Of a stretch of 64,000 nucleotides of DNA, positions 1 to 10,000 are shown one piece after another. The translations under genes were made by a program, and so were the position numbers. The stretch comes from a virus. Lineage: Duplodnaviria > Caudoviricetes. Position 1 is the first letter of the stretch. Every line of letters begins with the position of its first letter. The stretch covers positions 269,613 through 333,612 of IMG/VR virus record IMGVR_UViG_3300027804_000001, one strand, 5' to 3'. The notes beneath the pieces were generated by a model that saw nothing but the letters and a program-made list of their open reading frames with translations, did no database searches and was not told where the DNA came from.

Positions 1-1
1 T

Positions 2-466
2 TGGGGTTGGTGTTGGAGTCGTGTTAGTTTGTACCGCAGAACCACCACTAAAATTACAAATAGGTGTATGAGTTGGTGTAATCGTTGGTGTTGGTGTAAG
101 ATTTGAAATAGCAGAACCACCACTAAAATTACAAATAGGTGTGTAAGTTGGAGTAACTGTTGGAGTTGGGGTAAAACATTTGGTATAGAAATCTAATTCA
201 TGTATATAAATGTTTTCAATAATATAACTATTGGTTACCGTGTCCAATATTTTAAACCAATATTGTTTTCCGTATGGGTTTGGGTCTACTTCTACATCAA
301 AATCAATTGTGATTGAGGATGTTCCACCAGCAAAAACACTACCATATTGGGCACCCCAAGTTGGATTTTCTTGTTCAGATACCGAACCCGGTGTTCTACC
401 GTTTTGATAGAATAATTTAAAATTATTTGGTGAAACTATATTTTTTATCTCAATTACTAGACCCAT
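2..466 (-). CDS. Virion/fibre-associated protein with Thr-Pro repeats, 3' end runs off the window (not in ORF track)
   Basis: Manual translation from ATG at 466: MGLVIEIKNIVSPNNFKLFYQNG...[49 protein letters not shown]..., open to the window edge; TATTTAT motif 7 nt upstream. Confidence 0.8.
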   Translation of the reverse strand, partial: MGLVIEIKNIVSPNNFKLFYQNGRTPGSVSEQENPTWGAQYGSVFAGGTSSITIDFDVEVDPNPYGKQYWFKILDTVTNSYIIENIYIHELDFYTKCFTPTPTVTPTYTPICNFSGGSAISNLTPTPTITPTHTPICNFSGGSAVQTNTTPTPTP

Positions 467-499
467 ACCTATATAAATACCAATAATAAAAATTTAAAT

Positions 500-529
500 A
501 AAAAACCCCTTTAAATAAAGGGGTCTTTT
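500..529 (-). terminator. Rho-independent terminator
   Basis: ACCCCTTT-N4-AAAGGGGT stem with T-tract on the minus strand, downstream of 553..1092. Confidence 0.75.
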
Positions 530-552
530 AATAATTAAAAAATCTTTATTTG

Positions 553-1092
553 TTATGGAGCAAAACCACTATTAATTGTGATTGCTACAGTATCAGGTGA
601 AGTACTACCAATTGTTGTTGTATAAGTTGTTGCACTTCCAGATGAATTTGGACAAGTAGTTGTATTATCGGCGCCATTCATAACATAACTTTGTGCTGTT
701 GAGAAGGTTACTGTGTCCCCCTCCGTTAATCCTGTAATTGCACCTAAATCGGAACATATATTTTCATTAGTATTGTAGAAGTTGAAATTTCCACCACCAT
801 TTATATTGTATATAAGCATTATTGAACCACCGTTAACATCTTTAGCAAAAACACTCAAGGCTATTGTTGGTTTAGTCCAAGGTTGTGAGGTGGTACATGT
901 TCCTATACTTGCTACCGTCCCACCTGTTATGTTACTATTTGGAATTGTTACTTCATAACCCGCTTCTAATGTTGCTTTTGCAACACCAGATTCAATTAAT
1001 GTTGTAATACCTCCGCTAGTTGTTCCCGAGATGTCAAAAGGTCCGGTATCTGATCCGGCCCCTGAAACTGTGAAAATTACGTTATATGCCAT
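553..1092 (-). CDS. Small Gly/Thr-rich virion protein, paralogous to the terminal domains of 1157..3313
   Basis: ORF track; C-terminal ~100 aa aligns by eye with the C-terminus of the next ORF (Y.INGG...FYN...N..C...G.ITGL...D.VTF.T...Y.M.G). Confidence 0.7.
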   Translation of the reverse strand: MAYNVIFTVSGAGSDTGPFDISGTTSGGITTLIESGVAKATLEAGYEVTIPNSNITGGTVASIGTCTTSQPWTKPTIALSVFAKDVNGGSIMLIYNINGGGNFNFYNTNENICSDLGAITGLTEGDTVTFSTAQSYVMNGADNTTTCPNSSGSATTYTTTIGSTSPDTVAITINSGFAP

Positions 1093-1156
1093 TGTTTTTT
1101 ATTTTTATCTTTTTATATAAATATATCATTATTCAAAACAAATCTGTAGTTTATTT

Positions 1157-3313
1157 TTATGGTATGGCACCCGTGTCAATTCCTAAATAGACATAATCAT
1201 TACCAGAACTTATTCCTATGGTATGTACATAATTAACATTTCCACTAGGTGCGGTACAATTAGAACTAGAACCCGTCATTGAATACCCAATGTTGGTACC
1301 GAATGTAACTTGGTCGGACTGACTTAAACCTGTTATTTGTCCATAATAATCACAATTTCCATTTAATGGTCCATTATAAAAAGTATTATATGAACCACCA
1401 TTTATTTGATAGGTTATTTCAATTGAGTTGTATGAATTATCATAATCCTGTGCATTTACATAAAGTGTAACATAATTTGCAACACTTACTATTTCTGTTA
1501 CACCACTATTTGTAACACAACCATTCGCATCTGTTACCTCAACACAATATCCACCCGCACATAGAGTACCTACTGATTGTGTTGCTGTTGATTCAGTTAC
1601 TCCTGTTATTGTTGTCACCAACGTGCCTCCACATGTTGTATATGGTGCTGTTGAGTCGAGATATAATTTATAAGTTTTTGGCCATACACCACCAGTTGAA
1701 CTCATATCAAGAGTACCATTACAACCACCTGTATCATTTGCTGTAATCGTAATTGAAGCTGATTGTGCACTTGGTTGAGTTATTGTAACAGAAATTCCTT
1801 TTACTGCACCATTACTAGCTTTAACATTAAGGGTATAACCTGTTGCAATTAAACTACTAAATGTCTTAGGTAATGCAAAATAATTTACACCATCCAACGA
1901 TACCGTATAAGCTCCACCTGAACCACCTGATGCACTATTAACTGTTAATGAACCGTCTGAACCACCATTACATGATACATTTGTTTGTGTATAACTAGCA
2001 CTAATCTCAGTATAAGTTGGTGTCACCGTTGGTGTGAACGTCGGTGTTATTGTAAACGTCGGCGTTATTGTTGGTGTAATTGTATAAGTAGGTGTTATAG
2101 TTGGTGTAAACGTAGGCGTTATTGTTGGTGTAATAGTAAACGTAGGTGTAATAGTTGGTGTAATAGTTCTAGTTGGTGTAATGGTAAATGTTGGCGTTAT
2201 TGTAAACGTCGGTGTTATTGTAAACGTAGGTGTTATAGTTGGTGTAATTGTTTTAGTTGGAGTAATAGTTGGGGTAGGAGTTGGTGCAACATAAGTTGTA
2301 CTTACTGTGAAGTTACAAGCCGGTGTTGGTGTTGGTGTAATAGTAAATGTTGGTGTAATTGTTGGTGTAACAGTTCTAGTTGGTGTTAATGTAAACGTTG
2401 GTGTAATTGTATAAGTCGGAGTTATAGTTGGTGTAATAGTTGGTGTAAATGTAGGTGTGATAGTTGGTGTTATAGTTTGACTTACTGTTTGAGTAGGTGT
2501 AATAGTATAAGTTGGTGTAATAGTATAAGTTGGTGTAATAGTCTGACTTACAGTTTGTGTAGGTGTAATAGTATAAGTTGGTGTAATAGTTGGAGTAGGT
2601 GTAGGTGCCACATAAGCAGTGCTCACTGTGAAATCACAATCCGGAGTTAACGTTGGTGTAACTGTATAAGTTGGAGTAATAGTTGGTGTTATAGTATAAG
2701 TTGGTGTAATAGTAAATGTCGGTGTGATAGTAAACGTTGGGGTTACTGTTACTGTTGGAGTGATTGTAAGTGTAGGTGTAATAGTTGGTGATAACGTTTG
2801 TGTTGGTGTAATAGTATAAGTTGGTGTTATGGTATATGTAGGAGTAACTGTCGGTGTAGGTGTTGGTGCAACATAAGTTGCATTAACAACAAAGTCACAA
2901 GCCGGAGTTAACGTTGGTGTTATTGTATATGTTGGTGTTAAAGTTTGTGTGAACGTCGGTGTTATTGTAAACGTCGGCGTTATTGTATAAGTCGGTGTTA
3001 TTGTTGTTGTAGGTGTAATTGTGTATGTTGGTGTAACTGTTAACGTTGGTGTTAAAGTTGGTGTTGGGGTTGGTGCGTAGAATGTCTCATTAGTAAAACA
3101 TGATTCATTGTAAAGAATCACATTTACTGTACTATCAGGTACATAAACATCAACACCCGGATTTGTTGTTAAGTCGTTATAAGTAATTCCTGTTGCATTA
3201 TCATTTGTACTAACTCTTGTGGCATAATTAGATGGATTTACATCATCATAGTAAACCGAATATGGTCCTGGTGATGTTCCTCCTGTTATTAATATGTGAA
3301 AATATCTTGCCAT
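1157..3313 (-). CDS. Fibre/adhesin-like virion protein: N-domain, Thr-Pro stalk, two SprB-like repeats, C-terminal domain
   Basis: ~400 aa of TPT[YFL]T[IV] repeats; [28 protein letters not shown] resembles SprB repeat consensus. Confidence 0.65.
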   Translation of the reverse strand: MARYFHILITGGTSPGPYSVYYDDVNPSNYATRVSTNDNATGITYNDLTTNPGVDVYVPDSTVNVILYNESCFTNETFYAPTPTPTLTPTLTVTPTYTITPTTTITPTYTITPTFTITPTFTQTLTPTYTITPTLTPACDFVVNATYVAPTPTPTVTPTYTITPTYTITPTQTLSPTITPTLTITPTVTVTPTFTITPTFTITPTYTITPTITPTYTVTPTLTPDCDFTVSTAYVAPTPTPTITPTYTITPTQTVSQTITPTYTITPTYTITPTQTVSQTITPTITPTFTPTITPTITPTYTITPTFTLTPTRTVTPTITPTFTITPTPTPACNFTVSTTYVAPTPTPTITPTKTITPTITPTFTITPTFTITPTFTITPTRTITPTITPTFTITPTITPTFTPTITPTYTITPTITPTFTITPTFTPTVTPTYTEISASYTQTNVSCNGGSDGSLTVNSASGGSGGAYTVSLDGVNYFALPKTFSSLIATGYTLNVKASNGAVKGISVTITQPSAQSASITITANDTGGCNGTLDMSSTGGVWPKTYKLYLDSTAPYTTCGGTLVTTITGVTESTATQSVGTLCAGGYCVEVTDANGCVTNSGVTEIVSVANYVTLYVNAQDYDNSYNSIEITYQINGGSYNTFYNGPLNGNCDYYGQITGLSQSDQVTFGTNIGYSMTGSSSNCTAPSGNVNYVHTIGISSGNDYVYLGIDTGAIP

Positions 3314-6300
3314 TTATATTAATTATTATACCGTATTAAAACCTAATTCAACTTGATAGTAAGAATTCACATGATATAACGCATCATTTGTTGTAAACTC
3401 AATTCTCAATGTATGTACAGAGTTCGCCGCTAATAAGTATGGTGACGGTACTGTAAATGTTTTTATCACAGGTCCCATTGCACATCCCTGATTTAAATCT
3501 TGTGATGTTGCTCTGGCGATTTCTGTTCCATTTAATTTAAATTTAATGTTCTCAAAATTAGTATCTTGTAACTCCGCAAGACCACTAAAGTCTAAAGACA
3601 TATTCGTATTTTGTGGTCCAACTGTTATAGTTGCTTCCGCCCAACCAATTTGTGTTTGATTACAAGTTCCATTAGGACAATTTGACGAATTCGAAACATT
3701 AAATCTAACTGTTTGATTCAAGTTTGAAATTGCCCATCCAGCATTAATTCTATTTTGTGCTGAAACTGTTGGGTCAACATATAAACATTGTGAAAAACCT
3801 GTAACATTAGTATATGTCGTCCATGTTAATCCTGAAACAGGTAGTGGTGTTGGTGTTATTGTCATTGTTGGTGTAATAGTTGGTGTTGTTGTAACTGAAG
3901 GTACATACTCACTAAATGATGCCGCAAATGAACAATCAATTGTTGGAGTAATTGTTAATGTCGGTGTAATAGTTGGTGATACTGTTACTGTTGGTGTAAT
4001 AGTAAATGTTGGTGTTATTGTAAACGTTGGTGTAATTGTAGGAGTAGGAGTAGGTGCTACGTATGTCGTACTAACCGTGAAATCACAAGCCGGAGTTAAT
4101 GTTGGAGTAATTGTATAAGTTGGGGTAATAGTTGGTGAAACTGTTACTGTTGGCGTAATAGTATATGTTGGAGTAATTGTTAATGTCGGTGTGATTGTTA
4201 AAGTTGGTGTAATCGTCTGACTTACAGTTTGTGTAGGTGTAATAGTAAATGTTGGTGTAATTGTATAGGTTGGTGTAATAGTCGGTGTAATTGTATAAGT
4301 CGGAGTTATTGTATACGTTGGAGTTACGGTTGGTGTTGGGGTTGGTGCAACATAGGTTGTATCAACATTGAAATCACACGCTGGTGTCAATGTAGGTGTA
4401 ATTGTATAAGTTGGTGTAATAGTTGGTGTAACCGTTAATGTTGGTGTAATTGTTTGAGTTGGTGTAATAGTAAATGTTGGCGTTATTGTTAACGTCGGAG
4501 TAATAGTTGGTGATAATGTTTGTGTAGGTGTTATTGTATACGTTGGAGTAATTGTATAAGTCGGAGTTATAGTTGGTGTAATAGTAAACGTAGGTGTAAT
4601 AGTATAAGTTGGAGTAACTGTCGGTGTAGGTGTTGGTGCTACATATGTAGTAGTAACCGTAAATTCACAAGCCGGTGTTAGAGTTGGTGTAACTGTAAAT
4701 GTTGGGGTTATAGTTGGTGTAACAGTTAATGTAGGTGTAATTGTATAAGTTGGGGTAATAGTTGGTGTTGGTGTTATGGGTAAAATAACAACATTAACAC
4801 AATCACATTGTGGTGTAACTGAATTTACAGTAAATCCGCTAACACATTCACCAGGTAATAAACCCGCACCTATATTAAATCCGTGTGTATGGTCGTTGTA
4901 TGCAATTGTTTCTGTTCCATTAAATACGGTACCCAAGTCACCATACGCAGTACCCGAAACAATATAATCACAAATTGCATTTGCATTATCTGTTAAATCA
5001 GGATTATTGAATAATTGGATGTCAAAGTTTGAACATCCTAATAATCTAACTCTTAAGTATTGTGTTACAAATGGATCACATGTTTGTGTTGGTGTGATTG
5101 TATAAGTTGGGGTTACTGTAAACGTTGGTGTAACGGTTTGTGTTGGTGTAATTGTATATGTTGGAGTTACAGTTGGAGTAGGAGTTGGTGCAACATAGGT
5201 TGTGTCAACATTAAAATCACAAGCCGGTGTAAAAGTTGGTGTAATAGTCGGCGTAATTGTGAATGTTGGCGTTATAGTATAAGTTGGTGTTATAGTATAA
5301 GTTGGTGTTATAGTTGGTGTAATAGTATAAGTTGGTGTTATAGTATAAGTTGGAGTTACTGTTTCTGTTGGTGTAATAGTAAACGTTGGCGTTATTGTTA
5401 ACGTCGGAGTAATAGTGGGAGTTATACTTTGAGTTGGGGTAGGTGTAGGTGCAACATAAGTTGTACTAACTATAAATTGACAATCTGGTGTCAATGTTGG
5501 TGTGATAGTATAAGTTGGTGTTATAGTTGGTGTAAATGTTGGTGTTATTGTAAATGTAGGTGTAACAGTTTGTGTTGGTGTTATTGTTAACGTCGGAGTT
5601 AAAGTTGGGGTAATTGTATGAGTAGGTGTGACTGTTGGGGTAGGTGTTGGTGCAACATAAGTTGCATTAACAACAAAGTCACAAGCCGGAGTTAACGTTG
5701 GTGTTATTGTATATGTTGGTGTTAAAGTTTGTGTTATAGTAGGTGTTATTGTATAAGTTGGTGTAATAGTAAATGTTGGAGTAATGGTAAATGTAGGTGT
5801 TACTGTTGGTGTTGGTGTGGCCGCAACATAAGTTGTATCAACAATAAACTCACAATCAGGAGTTAACGTAGGTGTTATTGTATATGTTGGTGTTAAAGTT
5901 TGTGTGTAAGTTGGTGTAATTGTTGGTGTAACAGTGAATGTTGGTGTGATAGTTGGTGTAATAGTAAACGTAGGTGTTGGAGTTGGTGTCGGTGTCTCAG
6001 GACAATAAATTAATTTCCAACAATTTCCATCACATGGTGCGTATTCATATCCACTTGGGCAAGTATAACCAGATGAAAGATAATTACCATTTATATCTTT
6101 AATAACAGGAATTGTTTGACCAATAAAATCTGAAGATGAGAATATTACATTTAAATCATTTATTGATGTTGCACCAGTTAATTGAGGTAATGTGTTATCA
6201 TAAATTTCACAACCAAATGACGCAGGGTTTGTTTGATTACCTGTTAAATTATATCCATATAAACCAATAATGTGATCACCTGCCGTTAATGTTATTGGGT

Positions 6301-7080
6301 AAACGTGCCATGTTCTAAATTTCGATAATTCATTAAGACCTGAATTAGCAAACGTATCTAAAATAACATTACCATCAATCTCCAATCTAAATTCATTATC
6401 AGCACCAATACCGATATAGTAATCACCACCTGTTATACCTGTGATACAAACATTAAATCCTAACCAAGTTTGTAATGGATTATCCACGTTGTCATTTACA
6501 CCATCATTTGCCCACAAACCTGTTCTATTTAATGGTCCATTACCGGGGTTGAATATATTATAACCAGTTGTATTTTTCCATAAATCTGCGGTGTTTAGAT
6601 GTATCTCTTCTGTCCCTGTTCCGTTTATATTCCAACCTAATTGATAAACAGTTGTTCCACTCATACTATATTCAAAGTATGTTCTTCCACTTGCGGTGTA
6701 AGGTGTTGTTGGTGCGGTCGCGGAAACAATATCAATTGCCGTACAATAACCTCCATCTATTGGTGTCCATGTATATCCTGAAGGACAATCCACACAAGGA
6801 ATTGCTGTAGGTGTAATAGTATTTGTTGGTGTTATCGTTAACGTTGGTGTTACTGTTTCTGTTGGTGTAATTGTATAAGTCGGTGTAATAGTTTGAGTAT
6901 ACGTCGGAGTAATAGTTGGTGTTATCGTTAACGTTGGTGTTATAGTTTGTGTTAGTGTAAACGTCGGCGTTATTGTAAACGTCGGTGTAATAGTTGTTGT
7001 TGGTGTTATTGTATATGTTGGTGTAACAGTTAACGTAGGAGTTACTGTTGGAGTAATTGTAGGAGTTGGTGTTGGTGTTG
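2000..7080 (-). repeat. Coding Thr-Pro tandem repeats (TPT[YFLI]T[IV]) with CxFxV..TYVAPTP spacers, spanning two genes
   Basis: Directly visible (GTTGGTGT-rich on + strand) at ~2000-3075 and ~3840-7080; related tracts at 1-180 and 58670-59450. Confidence 0.95.
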
Positions 7081-10000
7081 GGTATGCAGAATTACAATCT
7101 CGATAAGGAGTTATTTCACAATCAACATAACCAGTTGTGTCTCTTTCACTTGATGTTTGTGTGATATCTTGACACAATCCACCATCATAATATTGAATAA
7201 TATATTCATCTAATGTTTTGAACTCGTCATAAACATGTTGTAATAATATTTGGTGATTTGAGTTACCATTAAATGCAATTAAATTTGTTGGTGTTGTTCC
7301 CGATAAATTTAAATTAAAATATAAATCAGATTCACAATACTCTAAATTAACTGAAATAACTTCAATAAGTCTACCACTTTCAGTGATTAAATAATCACCA
7401 TGTTCATAATAATCATTTGAATAATCACAACATGGTTCCTCTTGTATTGGTTTTATTTGTAAATGTTCAGGAAATCTTTCAGTAAAGAAAAATCTTTTTA
7501 AATCTATTACTTCATCTGTAGACTCGTCAACATACTTTCTCGTGTAAACTTTAACTTTTGTTGTTTGTAAAATTTCAAACACCTCAACATCTCCATCCTT
7601 AGTTGTACCTGTTATGTGATATTTTTTAATTGTTCCCAAACAATCTTTTGCGGTTACTTTTTTGGGTGTGTAATCAAAAACAAATGTGAAATCATCATTT
7701 GTTAAACCATCTACTAATGATTGATTTGATAATTCACTACAATCATTAAATGTTGCCGAAAGAATTGTATCACCTGAAACAATATCTTTTACATATGTTT
7801 TAGTATAACTTGTTAATGTTGTTTGACTACCACCTGTATATTTTAAAACATACGAATTACCACCCAATCCATAATTGAAAGAATTTCTATATTGGATTTT
7901 AGGTACTAATTTGTAAAGAACTTCATCATCAACCGGTGATGGTGTTAAACCACTATAACCAATCCATTGAATGTTTATACCTTCAAATTTTACTTTGGTG
8001 TCGCAGTTGGCTGCGTCGGTAAATAAGAAATCAATTTCATCTGTTTCTTTAACATTCGACACCACCCAAACACATTCGTATCCACCAGGAATATCCATAG
8101 TAGAACCATGAACCGTATAACCTGTTGTTTCATTTACACCATATTCACAATTTCTATATACAAATAACGGCCAATTCTTAACTCTATTTTTCTGAATTAT
8201 ATTGTTAGTATCTCCCGTGATTTTTATTTTTAAATCACCATTTAAAATACATTCAGGTCCATTAGGATAATTTATATCATCACCTGCAAATAGTCTATTT
8301 GGGTCTTCGTCGTCATCCGGGCAATCAAAAGAAAAATCAAGTTCTAATGTACAATCAGCAGGTGTTGTTGCACCGTTTGAAGCAACAAATCTGTAATCAA
8401 GATATTCTTCAACAGAACAATCATTTGGTCCGTACTTTATAGATGTGAATGTAACTTGTTCGATACCATTTTCATCTGTAAAAAATGAATAGGATATTTT
8501 TGGTTTTGGAACTTGGGTACATGTACTGCTACTTGTTGCTGCTGTATATGGTGCATATGTATCAATACAACCCGGAGTGTTCATTGTGTCTTCCGAATTG
8601 ATTGAATCGATTAAACCAATTAACGCATCAACCCATAAATCTTTAATTGCATTAACATCAGGTTCCAAATAATCTTTATAATCACATATTAATGGTAAAT
8701 GTGTTGATGAGGATGTCGTTCCTGTACAATTATCAATTGGAAATGAGTTAAATAATTTTGCGCTTACTCCTGGTATTGATGTGTTGCCACTCACAATAAC
8801 TTCAAATCCTGATTCAGGCCCACCATATTGAATACCATCAATTTCTATTAATGGATAATAAGTAACGCCAGTTGCATTAATTAAACCTCTAAAATAATTT
8901 TCATGATGACTACCTAATAATTTTTCAAAATCTTCTTCGATTGCCTCTTCAAAACTTGGATAAAGGCTTTCTGTAAAAGTCTTTGGTTGACAACCGTATC
9001 TATATTTGTATTTTGGTCTACCGAAAATATTATTTTCAATTAAATTACCACCAGTCCATAACGTTGTTGATGGTATAACTTGATCTAATACTTGAGTCCA
9101 ATATGGACTCATCTTATTGATAAATTCGTTTAAATCCGGTATAGTATATGGTACAAAATCAGTTGAACTTACATAATCTTGATAAATGTCTTCAAGTTTT
9201 ATGTAATTCTTTTTGTATTTGATAATGTGTGAGTTTTTAATTTGTGTACTCAACATTTTATCAACATATTCCGCAAATGTAACACCTGTTTGTGGTTCTA
9301 ATGTTGCACTACCAAATGATATCTCTAACTCTCTTGACTTTCTCCATATATCATAGTTGATAGCATTTGCAGAAGAAAGATACACTTCAATATTTTTTCT
9401 ATTGAATATAAATGAAGAATATTCGTCAGCTATTTGTCTTTGTCTGTTATCTAATTTACTAACAATTTCGTAACCAGTGTCTAAACCGGGTAAACTTCTA
9501 TAGATATCAAAATAATCTTCACCATAAGTAAAAGATTTATTTTTTGTTTTAATTGTTTTGGTTCTTCCCGTTAAATTAGACTTATCACCATCAATTATGT
9601 CTATTGATCTGTGATCTAATGTTATATCATACCAACCCGCACCTTTTTGGAAAAACGTGTTAGATGATTCGTCAAACGCCGTTTTTGGTATTTTAGTACC
9701 TTCAACAATTGGGTACGTTTCGGATGTGAAAGTTGTTGATGCCTTAGTTGAAGATATTGAATAGGTATAACCACTCGGAATAAATTCTGCAACATTGTAT
9801 GTTTTTGTTCCTGCAATAACATCATAGATATCACTATCTAAATCAAATGATTTTGGTAATGAGGTTATTTGATAAACAAATTCATTAATTTTAATCATTG
9901 GTTCAGGTGCACCTAAGAACTTTAAGAAAAATTCTATTGATGAACGTGTACCTTTTGATTTATATATGTGAGATAGATTAACTAATAATCTTCTATAAAA

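Noticed and set aside
1985-5401. Cys/Trp-rich plus-strand ORFs (1985..2389, 4229..4438, 5060..5401) and Val/Gly-rich 58654..58914
   Set aside because: Antisense shadows of Thr-Pro codon repeats within real minus-strand genes.
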